A stretch of 64,000 nt of DNA, taken from positions 248,001-312,000 of the forward strand of contig BCKZ01000003.1 in NCBI GenBank assembly GCA_001600815.1. Reading direction: 5' to 3'. Under the pieces are notes generated by a model. The model had not been told where the DNA came from, made no database searches, and saw nothing but the letters and a program-made list of their open reading frames with translations. Positions 46,527 through 59,732 of the stretch are shown here, in pieces (position 1 is the first letter of the stretch; the number at the start of each line of letters is the position of its first letter). Made by a program: the position numbers and the translations under genes. The DNA is from Alloascoidea hylecoeti (lineage: Eukaryota).

Positions 46527-48821
46527 AACAATGAGCTGATTTAGATATGGCCATGTAAATTGAGAAAATGTCTCGTTTATATATCATAAAAGAGAATATT
46601 AATGAGAATGCGATATATCGATATGAAACTCATGATCAGTGATCATATGCCTTCTTATACGACTAACACCTTCCTTCCGAAGTGGAATGATTATGATATC
46701 GACATATATTGTTACATGTTATATATATGAAGGTCCCCGTTAAATCTGTCTGAATGGGTAATTTTTCTTCTGAGGCTCTATAAATAAATTATAAGCTTTC
46801 TAATTATAAATTTGAGACTCTTAATTATAATGTTTAATATTTTTTGTAACGATCACAATTTCGATGTTGTAAAAGTTTAAAGGTCTTAGATTTCCGGAAT
46901 AGGACTGTATAATTAATATTATTCCGCTCCGATATTGTAGCATGATATGTTTACGAATACTTTGATCAGCTACACTACAATTTTTAATTTCATAAATACA
47001 TAACATATGTGCAGTATATAACTATATAGCTAGTGATTGAATAAATATACGTAACACCCCGAATATATTGCCTAACTTTAAAGCAATTAGAATCAATGGA
47101 AATAGTATTGCCCAATTGAAGTATTAGGGAATCGTCAAAATTAGCTTGGAAACTTATAATGCATCGTAATTTATTTGTGTCAAAAAAATTTGATGTTACT
47201 TCTTTGCATATTCTATTATTTGATAAGCTTACTAATTTAAATATACATAGGTAATAGGTATGTTAGATGTATGGATCCTTATTTTATAATATTATATAGG
47301 TCTATATCAATATCTCTACAAGATTTTGTTTAATATTTGGTTGAATAATATCCTGAAATGTGTAAGTAGTATAATATATAGTTATATACTACTATCTTTG
47401 GCAACATGGCTAGTGTTTAAATATATCTAGAAATAACCAGACTAGTTATCACTAACCGCTATAGCTATATTTATATACACCAGTAGTTTTTACATTTTCA
47501 CATGTTAAAGCATCAACTAGTCATACAACAGAGTAGTCAATTGGTCTCAAGGGATTAGCTATCGATATCTATAACGCTTTAATTAAAGACTATCCCTATA
47601 GATATCTGCATATACTATATAATAATATATGCAGATAACCAGTTGGAAGCTTAAAACACCTCGTACAAAAATGTCTTATGATTAATATTGAACACATTTA
47701 CATTATTGATAATATCCTTATAATATTTTCCAAGAAATATAAATAATACAGATGACTATATGACTAAATATATGGAAATTGCTATTAACACACTTACAAC
47801 AAAATTTCCAGCAAAAAGAACTTGCAATTGTATAAATTGATTACAAATATATTCTCCGGCCTAATACTAAATCGGACATGTGTTCATCATACGATGCATA
47901 CAAGCGTAAGAACTCACACCATTGTAACTGAAAAAAGATTCTTTAAATTAAACTAGATGAAACAGTCCTTCAAACAGTTCAAAAATTCTAATGCGTGTAC
48001 TATATCGAACTTTAAATTTGAAGTAATTGGTCTTGGAACTAATGACTATATATTCTTTTATTAAAAACGTTCGCCAAACTGCAAAGTTGTTTTGATGGAA
48101 TAGTGTGACTGTTCTGTCAAGTTCTAGATACCATTATATATGGACTCGAAGCTTCGATATTAATGTTCTGTTTTGTAGACCTACCAGTAAGAAAGAGTAC
48201 TACATAATTATATACATACATGTATGTATAATGCCTGTTATCATATTAATTATAAAGAAAAATTATAAACATTAATTGTAGGTATAACTTATACATGTAT
48301 ATGTATAGCTGTTGTATGAGAATAAAAGAAATTTCAAGATACCACAAACGAAAACAAATATTTTTCAAAGCTTAAGTCTTACGAATTTCGAAATTTTTAA
48401 GAAATGAATTCTCAGGTTAAATTAAGAATTAAAAGTAATTCATTTAACCTAATTTTATTTTAAATTACTTTTCAGTGTTCACGCGTGTCCTTTACTTACT
48501 GTATCGTAAACTCTACCGAAACTGGTACTGGTGAGTCTGTGACCCTTAAGCTTGGTATAAGACCTTAGATATCAATCCTAGTTAAATGTAAAATCTGCAG
48601 GTCTCGGTAAAATATACGATCGTGTAATTGCTTTATATGGTAACCGGCAGCACGGCTAGTTACACACTTACCATTTATTTGTTATACCGTATACGCTATA
48701 AGTTATATAATTATAGCTAAGTATTCAAATACCTTAATTTATTCTTACTTGTCCTTATCAATATACATGTGCTTATACCTTACGCCTACAAATAAACCTC
48801 GTATTTAATATATAATTTTCT

Positions 48822-50126
48822 TCACTTCTCCATAGACATTGGTGCGAAATCATATATAACAGGATGGTTAGTACCCTTGACAAACGCACAATTCCCCATA
48901 TCGATCTTCTTAACATCGGTTTCAGGTCGAATATCAAAATCAAATATATCCATTGGTAAACCGATTGTGGTACATGAATTTGGAATATCTACTATACCTG
49001 CAACATGGCCCTCAATTGGAGCCGTTGATAATAATAAATAAATCTGATAATCATTGTATCCATAACGTCTCAAATATTCAATAACCCTAATACAAGTCTG
49101 TCTGTATGCGACCGTGGTATCTAAAAACTTTTGTTTACCATTCTCATCAACAGAAAATCCTTCAAATGTTAAATATCTACTTGGGCCATAATGATTCTCG
49201 ACATCACCTGCAATATACATTGGTGACTTAAGTGATAGTTTCTTCATGCCACCTTTAATAACAGAACACGAAATAGTGATGCAACCTGCCATTTCAATAG
49301 CTCCACAAAATGAAATTTCACCATCTCCCTGTGAAAAATGTAAATCTCCAAGTGACAGTTTTGCGCCTGGAACATAAACAGGCAAATAAACTTTAGATCC
49401 TCTCCCAAGATTCTTAATATCACAATTTCCACCATTCTCCGGTCTCCCAGGAATAGTTCTCGCTCCTTCTTTTGCTATTTTTGCCGACAATTTTTCATCT
49501 GCAGATCCAGACCATGCAGATTGTTCAATTGGCAAAAGAGCAGGAATAACATCTTTTTCTTCGGGATCTGAACTAGTAGCAAAGATATTTACAAGTTCAG
49601 TTTCTCTCTTCATCCATTCGGCAAGAACTTCGGCGTTTGGAGCAGTACCAATTATTCCAGGATGAATCATACCAGTAAACTTGACATGAGGAAGATGTCT
49701 TGATGTTGCATGAATTCCTTCGAAATCGAATACTGCTTTTGCAGCTTCAGGATAAAAACGATCCAAGAATCCACCACCATTTTGCTTGTGAAACACACCA
49801 CAGTAACCCCACGGTTGTCTTTCTAATGGTTGAACGTCTTTGATTTCAACAACTAGAACATCACCAAGTTCACTATCTTCAATGTTAAACGGGCCAGATA
49901 GGTAATGAATTTTTGTCAGATCTGCTTCTTTTATATCATCTGCAAAATCATTGTTTCCAACTTGATTTCCAGTCCAGTCAAGGCATTCTATCTTAACTGT
50001 TTCCCCTTGTTTTATAGATTCCGAAAACGGGACATCTGGGTGCCATCTATTATGGACTTGTGGTTGCTCACCACCAGGGATTGTGAGATCAATCTTTGTT
50101 GCATAACGAATTGGATGTTTTCCCAT
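48822..50126 (-). CDS. fmdS: Formamidase (FmdA/AmdA family)
   Basis: Motifs 'HNRWHPD', 'ECLDWTG', 'HYLSGP', 'ARTIPGRPENGGNCDIKNL' and 'GDLHFSQGDGEISFCGAIE'. Confidence 0.95.
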   Translation of the reverse strand: MGKHPIRYATKIDLTIPGGEQPQVHNRWHPDVPFSESIKQGETVKIECLDWTGNQVGNNDFADDIKEADLTKIHYLSGPFNIEDSELGDVLVVEIKDVQPLERQPWGYCGVFHKQNGGGFLDRFYPEAAKAVFDFEGIHATSRHLPHVKFTGMIHPGIIGTAPNAEVLAEWMKRETELVNIFATSSDPEEKDVIPALLPIEQSAWSGSADEKLSAKIAKEGARTIPGRPENGGNCDIKNLGRGSKVYLPVYVPGAKLSLGDLHFSQGDGEISFCGAIEMAGCITISCSVIKGGMKKLSLKSPMYIAGDVENHYGPSRYLTFEGFSVDENGKQKFLDTTVAYRQTCIRVIEYLRRYGYNDYQIYLLLSTAPIEGHVAGIVDIPNSCTTIGLPMDIFDFDIRPETDVKKIDMGNCAFVKGTNHPVIYDFAPMSMEK

Positions 50127-51439
50127 GATTATCTATGAGACAATTTATGAAAAGCTATATGGGAGTAATGGTAAACGAAAAGGAGAAGTGGGGAGAGCCT
50201 ATCGGGATGCTGATAAGATTGAGCCTAATATAGCTAACCACGTGAACGATATCTAAATAATCTTTTTTTGGATATTTTAGTAGGATTATCATCCTTCCTA
50301 GCTGAAAATTTAGTCAACGCTATTTTTGGTAGTCGTCTACCACTTTACCTTTCTATTTTGAAATGATCTGTCTTTTTCCCACATGTTGCGATATATATCA
50401 TTTTGAACATCTTAGTTCGCTCTAAGACGAGTCGGGGGGTTTGGAGGTACATATAGAAAACGAATATTTTAAGCGAAACAAAAATATATAGAACTTATAT
50501 ACTAAAAACAAAGTTCCCTACTCAATTATGATAGTTTTTATTTTGAATATAACATTTATGGGCAAATATCGCTAAATTATGTCTGTCAAAGTTTAATCAA
50601 GTTGTCAACTCCAAAATTGAAAGTACCAATATAGTAATAATTACATGCAGATCTGCTGATTACGCGAATAACGTTCGCGGAAACGTGTACGGACGAATTA
50701 AATGGGAAAGTAATGCTACGAGAAACTCCCAAATTTAACGTTTCCGGAAATCATACCCCTATTTTCAGGACAGGGTAGTTTCTAGGTATCAAATGTTCAG
50801 GAATCATAGCTTTAAGGGTGGGGGTTATGTTGTCTAGAAACTTTTAAGGTGTACATCCTTAAATTATGTATTTTCCCAACGTCCGTGCTCCTTCCCAAAT
50901 CAGTTTTCCTGTTCAAGTTCTTTGCTACGACTCGTGTCGAAAGGGTGTCCGATTTAGAATTTATCTGCGTTATTTAATTGAGTTAAGAAAAGGTGAGTTA
51001 TCATCTCCCTGGTCGAAATGTTATATTAGTTTGGACATCTAATTTATATAAGATAGCATATAAGTCTTGTAATCGTATAAAATCATGTAATCAATCGATC
51101 AATATCCCTCCATTATTGTAGCTAGGATGAATACTTCATAACAACGGTTAGCATGGGTTAAAAACAATCCAAAAACTAAAACATTTTTTAAACTTTAACA
51201 CATTTAGTCACTGTCTATGTAAAAGTATATACTCATCTTAAGAGAGTCACTGGAGTATTTGAAAATTTATACACTGTGTTACTGTATTTTAAATACATCA
51301 CAAGCGTCTAACTTTATTCAATAGCCATAAGGCTTATAGGTGAAATGCGTCGTGAAGATGATTCCATGTTCTCCACACCCTCTTAAATTTAGTGAACCCT
51401 CCTTATGCAGTAGTGAACATCATTTCAATAGGTTTAGCT

Positions 51440-52135
51440 GAACTTGATTTATCCTGGATTGAAAATATATACAACTGTTTTCTTGAATCCAGAAGTTATG
51501 TTTTTGAAGGCCAATGCCTAGGTTTCGGCAGATATCAGGTAGTCATAAAAAATCAGCTTTCTGACAAGGGTGACGTAGATTGTTTGAGTTATATGTCCTG
51601 AAACCAGCCTTCAAACTAACTACTGTATCAAATAATGGCGCCCATTGAGACACCTTCTTGTTCGCAGTTGGTACTAGGACCTTAACCGATTCACTTAACT
51701 ATACAAGAATCTTAGGCTTGTTACATCTGTGTTCCAGAGGTTCTTTTGAACCGCCGCTACTCTAACCAGTTGCACCAATATGAAACCTCTTCTCTGTTCA
51801 AACCAAAGAGCCTGTAGGCATTCAGAGATTTTGTGTGTATATATTTCAACTCAGGATGTTGATTCTTAAAGACTCCTTACACGAACCATTCATATTCAGG
51901 GAATTTTTACAACTTCTACAGTTGTCTGGCTTGCTCAAAATACGTGTTTCGATACACCTATCAACGACACACGGAAGCCTTAACCAATCACTGTCATTTC
52001 CTGAATATTTTGTGTGATCTCAGCCTCCTCTAGAACAGTAAGCATTTGTTTCAACTGTTGGTTGAAGGAAACAGTTTCATTTAGTTGGCCTTTCAGTATA
52101 GTTTAAGCTCTCTTCGTGATCTTTTGCGAGACATT
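51440..52135 (-). mobile_element. Decayed pogo/Fot1-like transposase (relic B), same family as relic A
   Basis: Minus-strand remnants MSRKRSRRE, FKNQHPELKY, NLWNTD, QKADFL and NITSGFKKTVVYIFNP. It shares a segment with relic A (caacagttgaaacaaatgcttactgttctagaggaggc vs caaccaattgaaacaaaggcttgctgttctaggggaggc). Confidence 0.7.
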
Positions 52136-52517
52136 TTGGAAATATCCGAGTGTGTACAGTGTTTGATGTTGTTGAGTATTTTGAGTTAAAGTTGGGTAAT
52201 CTAAAAAGTTAAGTTTCACAGGGCGGTAATGCCAAGCATATTTCGAGATGATCTTCTGAACAAATCATACGAAACACACATTTTATAAGCGAAAGTAGCT
52301 ATTTTAGCCTTATAATTCAAATGATTTATTTAATATACTGTATATACGTTTAATAAAAGGAATTGAATGCAATGAGTAGAAACCCTTCAAGGGACTGATC
52401 AGGATAAAAATAAGATTCCTTTTAAAAAAAATGAAGATAAAAAGAAGGAAAATCTGAACTTATAAATAGTACAAATATGTATCAAATGTTATATTTTATG
52501 ATAAATATAATCTTTAA

Positions 52518-54572
52518 TTAACAACCGTGAATTAAAGAATTTTTCGGCCATGCATAACCAGCTTCATCCCATGTTGTATAATTTGGATTTTTATATGCTT
52601 TTGGATGATCGTTAATATATTCATAAGTAGGATAATCAGATGGATCACAAGTCATACTAACTTGATCTGATGGTTGATAAATTCTAACATAATCAATTTT
52701 CATAATACTTGGAAAAACTATACCTAACCAATTGATATATGCCCAACTATTTGAAATACCCAAATTTAATACCATCGCCATTGGTTCTTTTGAAATTAGC
52801 CTCCAATCAATATTTCCATCCGGATGTAAAGCCATTGAATGTAACGTCATTGTTGGATCATCTCCGACAAACCATTTAATATATCCATCATCTTTATCAT
52901 TTAAATATTCAATTGAATATTTTTGAAAATAGTTTTCACCGTAATCATAATTTTCATACCAAGAATTATTTAAAGTTGTCACAGCGGAAACAGCCTGTTG
53001 AAATGGACCACCAGCATATGTATTCATTGCAGTTGTTGTTTTATTATGTATTTCGACAAAATCATAATCAGGTATATACCAAATATTATAAGGAGCAGTT
53101 TGTAATGACTGTGAGGCTGTTCCAACGGGTAAAGTTGTATCAACAGCACCTTCCAAAGCATCAATTTCAGGAGAACCTCTACCTGTTCCAATATTTGGAT
53201 GATCTTCACCAGAGCATACACAGCTATTCAACCTTTGACCAGGCAAATAGGAAATACCATCAGCACTGGATTGGTTTGCGGTTGCCCCAGCATCACAGGC
53301 TTCATAACTATATGGCCAAACACCTTCGGTGCTTGCTTTATACCCAGGTCTACCTAAATTACCCATTGACCAAATACCTGGCCATAGACCAGTTACATTG
53401 CCATAATTTGGTAATTGGGCACTAACTTCCATTATTCCCTGAGTAAAACAAAGCTTATTCCAACTTTGAAGCATACCAGATCTATAAAACATATTGTGGT
53501 TTTTGTAAGCATCTAAACGAAGTTGTAGAGAACCATTTGCAGTCGTTGAGGCATCTGGGTCATACCATTCCAAATCAACAGTTCCTGAATACCAAATATC
53601 AGGTGCAACCCAGAATTGATCATCACCTTCATAGAAAGTTCTACCTTCTGTATTAAATTCATCTGAAAATACCAATTTCCAATCATCACCACTCCTTGCT
53701 TCTCTTGTGTAAGCATCTTTTGGTGTATCTGAATCTATTAGATTTGTTCGTATTCCAGATAATAAGGGATACGTATATTCAGTTAATACTTCATAAGACG
53801 TGGATCCATGATCATTGGTCACACCCGTGTATGTAATAACAGGATAAACTACAAACAACACTATGGCGCCAAGGATTAGAATCATGAAACTTGCGGCATT
53901 AACCCATCCTCTTCGGTCCAACTCTTTAAGAGAGCCGCAGCATCTACCTTCTAATTGAGCATCTAGAATTGGATCTGGGTTGTGTAAATAGTCATCATCT
54001 TCTTTTTCATCCATATGTAATGGGAAACTTGAAGCTGGATATCCCCCAAATGGGGAAAAATCTGCATCGACAAAACTAGAATTCGTAGGGTCCAAATTTG
54101 AATTAGAAGAATTGAAACTATTTCTATTGGAATTTAAATTGACTTCATTAGTAAATATCGAGGAAGGGCCACGGGCCGGATAAGGGGAAGAAACGGCAAG
54201 AAAAGAGGAGGTTGGGTTGAGATAATTAGTAAGGGAGGATTCGTCTTGGTCTAGTGAATAAGTTAAACTGTTTGAGCTCATTGAATTTGCATTCCCAGCT
54301 ATAGGATTACGACCGTCATAATTGGATCTGGAAGGAGTTGGGTGGCCGTTACCTGTTGAAGGAAGTAGATGGATATATGAATTATCTAGATGAGCACCCA
54401 TGGTGTTTATATTGCCATACGCATCAGAAGAATCTAAAGAGTGAGCTTCGGAACCAAATGGGTTATTTGTGTGCTCTGGGTTGATACTGTTGATCTCAGA
54501 GTTTGGGTCTTGAAGAGAAGAGGTTGTGGACCCTCTCGGGTTTGGATCTAGAGGAGTTAAGTTGCGAGCCAT
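52518..54572 (-). CDS. KRE6: Beta-1,6-glucan synthesis protein Kre6/Skn1 (GH16-like type II membrane protein)
   Basis: First ATG at 54572. Motifs 'EDDDYLHNPDP', a TM helix, 'LVFSDEFN..GRTFYEGDDQF', 'SGMLQSWNKLCF', 'RGSPEIDALE' and 'IDYVRIYQ'. Confidence 0.93.
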   Translation of the reverse strand: MARNLTPLDPNPRGSTTSSLQDPNSEINSINPEHTNNPFGSEAHSLDSSDAYGNINTMGAHLDNSYIHLLPSTGNGHPTPSRSNYDGRNPIAGNANSMSSNSLTYSLDQDESSLTNYLNPTSSFLAVSSPYPARGPSSIFTNEVNLNSNRNSFNSSNSNLDPTNSSFVDADFSPFGGYPASSFPLHMDEKEDDDYLHNPDPILDAQLEGRCCGSLKELDRRGWVNAASFMILILGAIVLFVVYPVITYTGVTNDHGSTSYEVLTEYTYPLLSGIRTNLIDSDTPKDAYTREARSGDDWKLVFSDEFNTEGRTFYEGDDQFWVAPDIWYSGTVDLEWYDPDASTTANGSLQLRLDAYKNHNMFYRSGMLQSWNKLCFTQGIMEVSAQLPNYGNVTGLWPGIWSMGNLGRPGYKASTEGVWPYSYEACDAGATANQSSADGISYLPGQRLNSCVCSGEDHPNIGTGRGSPEIDALEGAVDTTLPVGTASQSLQTAPYNIWYIPDYDFVEIHNKTTTAMNTYAGGPFQQAVSAVTTLNNSWYENYDYGENYFQKYSIEYLNDKDDGYIKWFVGDDPTMTLHSMALHPDGNIDWRLISKEPMAMVLNLGISNSWAYINWLGIVFPSIMKIDYVRIYQPSDQVSMTCDPSDYPTYEYINDHPKAYKNPNYTTWDEAGYAWPKNSLIHGC

Positions 54573-55205
54573 CAAGTTATCCAACCAGGTTCAAACCAGT
54601 GACGAGGATAGGTAAAATAGATTAGAAATTAAAAAATCTTCGGGGATTTTTCAAGCTATTTATAAAATTCTATCCCTGCACTGGTTACATCATCAACCAT
54701 CACATTTTGAAGTTACACAACCTCAGCCGCAACGCGAGCTTAAATTTTAAATAGATATATTATACTATATATTTTAAATGTGCTACACTCTTACAATTTT
54801 TACATAACCAATCAGCTATATCGTTAGAATTATAGCCGATTATAAATAAACCAAAACAAAATTAAACAAATAATCATGCGAAGGAACAAAATCATATGTA
54901 TAGATTAGCATATTTTTTATGCATTATTATAATCACCTTTGAGTTTCAAAAGAAGGGTCAAAGTTTAAGAATAAAAATCAAATGCAATGATAAATTGTAA
55001 AAAAATAGCGAATGGAACAACTCCAAAACTCAAACAAAAGAGTAAATATCAAACCAAATTTTAGAACTGAGTATACCAAAAGGATCAGCCCGAGTTATAA
55101 TTGATCATAAACAAAATAAGAAATTTAATCCAAACAAATTATAAGCTGAAAATTAGCCAATAATAAGATTAAAATGAGAACTTTAAAATAAATTATACCA
55201 GATAT

Positions 55206-57170
<1,965 letters not shown>

Positions 57171-58184
57171 TCAGTTGAAGTATAAGAAAAATATAGAAAG
57201 AAGGAGTGAAGAAGAGTTTAATAGCTGTAAAGAATATTAATATATTAATATATTAATTTGATCGTGATCATGATCATGTATATATACATATTCAGCGCAT
57301 GATGTTCGGATATAATAGAAAGATGTAAGTAAGACAGTTAATGGTTAGAATTGTGGGTTCAATGGAAATGGGATATACCTAGCCCATATGTTCATCTGTT
57401 AGTTGTGAACCTGTCTATTTTGCTAAGTAGCAGTAGCTTAATCAAGTCATATAAATATAAGTATAATAATCATATATCTGAGTCTATCAATTAAAATGTT
57501 TCTAAATCATAAATTTTATGATAATTTCATTGTCATCGGGTCCTTAAAAAATCTAAGATTAAGATCTTCTTGTTAGATTTACATAATCTCAAGTACTTTC
57601 AGCTATTCAGTAATAAACTTTAATTAAAAGATTTTCTTGCAATGCTGCCATTGTTTAATAATTAGGGTCTAGATCTTATTTTTAAATATACACTGATAAA
57701 TTTCAATTTTGTAATCATTACAGTTTTTACACTATGAGTTCGCCCAAATGAAGGTGCATTTTAGTCATTTTAGGGGATGTATATTCGGCATACTGGAGAT
57801 TAAAATAAACGCTGCATAATTGCGAATCTATATTTGCGCAGATGTCGAATTGGGTGACCAAATGTTAGTCACTTTATTGACAAAAATATTTCATGTCCAG
57901 TAACTATATAGTCGCAGTGGAAAAAATGTCTTTTTTCTTTGTAATAATGATCATATGATAAAGACTCTCAATAAACTTTAAATTTGATAGCTGGTTACTA
58001 CATATAATAGTTCTATACAGAAGTTCAACATATTATATATTAACTGAACAAGTAAGTAGAAGTTTTCCACCTACACCTTCAGTGAAATATCAAATATACA
58101 AAAATCTAAAACACTCTCAAATGGAGGGTTGATAATAACAACTTGATATTATTGTAGCGATGTTTATTTTCAATCTTCAATAAG

Positions 58185-59447
58185 TTATACTAAATGTTTT
58201 AAATATTTTTTTCTTAATTTCTCAGTGAAATCATAGATAACAACATCACATTCTACAGTACAAGCAGCTAGCATTTTCGAATCAGCACCAATTGAAAAAG
58301 GAGGATGTAAATTTGTTTGTGTCTTTTCTAAAATTTCAAACTCTTTAAATAATTTTAGATCACTTAAATTCCAAATCTTAATAATAGAATCATTATTAAC
58401 AGAAATGATTTTATTATTAACTATGAATAATCTATGTGGTCCTCCGTCCGATAAAACATTTGTTGTATTTGTTTGTAAATCCAGAACTGCTATTCTGTCG
58501 TAGTCACTAACAAATAAATATTCATCATTTGCTGTAAAGGAATGTATAATAACAAATGGAAATTGAAATTCTTGCATCATTTGACCAGTTTCAATATTCC
58601 AAGATCTTACTTTGTTATACCCTCTACTATATATAATACCATTATGAATGCAAATACCATTTATCCAATATTCTATTTCTATACGGTGTTGAAAATCAAA
58701 CTGTAGTCGATGTTCCAAATTGTTAAGACCTGATTTCCAAACCCCAATATAAGCAGTCCCACAACATACAATATAATCATTGTATAATTCCACGCCATTT
58801 AAGATTAAATAGTTTGTTTGTGTTGGTACTGTAAGACGATCTATTGGTTTAAAATCTGGTAATTCCCAAATTATGCAAGAACCATCTTCTGAACCAAAAA
58901 CCAAATATTTATCATTAATATCCATAAATATAATACTATCAAAATGAAATATATCATCATTTTTTTCTATTAATTCCAACAATGACGTTTTTGTAAAAGT
59001 ATCTTTTGTATCAACGTTTGGTTTACCTAATACTCTTAGACAATGAAAAGTTTCATTATCCCAAATTCTTATTGTACAATCTCGTGAGCCAGTTAGAATC
59101 CAGTTTCTAAAAAACACAACACAGTGTATTTCGGCAGAATGACCACTTAATTTATGCTTTGTAAATTTATCATTTTTCCAATTTAATTCTAAAAGATGTC
59201 GTTCTTTATATAGTTCAAACCATGAATCAGTTTCTGAATCATCATTATAGTACTTCCAAGATTTTTGATCTTGAAATTTTGATCTCCATATAACGTCATT
59301 ATCAAGTATTCGTTTCCATGATTTAGATACTTTTCTACAATTAAGTAAAGTTGTCGGTGGCAAATCTAAGAAAATTATTTCAGATATTTCATTAGGGAGG
59401 TCGGAAACAAAATCGGTTGTAGTCCCAGGATTTTTGTGTAAGGACAT
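58185..59447 (-). CDS. F-box/WD40 protein (divergent; not clearly Cdc4 or Met30)
   Basis: First ATG at 59447. F-box 'DFVSDLPNEISEIIFLDL...LLNCRKVSKSWK', then WD repeats 'GHSAEIHCV...TGSRDCTIRIWD', 'GSEDGSCIIWE' and 'DSIIKIWN'. Confidence 0.88.
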   Translation of the reverse strand: MSLHKNPGTTTDFVSDLPNEISEIIFLDLPPTTLLNCRKVSKSWKRILDNDVIWRSKFQDQKSWKYYNDDSETDSWFELYKERHLLELNWKNDKFTKHKLSGHSAEIHCVVFFRNWILTGSRDCTIRIWDNETFHCLRVLGKPNVDTKDTFTKTSLLELIEKNDDIFHFDSIIFMDINDKYLVFGSEDGSCIIWELPDFKPIDRLTVPTQTNYLILNGVELYNDYIVCCGTAYIGVWKSGLNNLEHRLQFDFQHRIEIEYWINGICIHNGIIYSRGYNKVRSWNIETGQMMQEFQFPFVIIHSFTANDEYLFVSDYDRIAVLDLQTNTTNVLSDGGPHRLFIVNNKIISVNNDSIIKIWNLSDLKLFKEFEILEKTQTNLHPPFSIGADSKMLAACTVECDVVIYDFTEKLRKKYLKHLV

Positions 59448-59732
59448 ACTGTAATTGTTTAAATGGTTGTTTATGGTGCTCGTGGTTGTTAATAATATTA
59501 TGGCTTTTTTCAACAGCAAATGGGTAGAAAGGAAAGAAGGAAAGAAAAGGATTCCTATTTCTATATGAAACTAGATAATTATAATTATATAATTGAGTAA
59601 AAAAATCTATCTAGCGCGCGCGGCTATATTAGTGAAAAATTGAAAATATATTATATTAAACGTTTACTATACAGAGGAAAATTAATATAGGCATATAGAA
59701 AGCCAAAGCTTAAGTTATAACATGAACCAATT

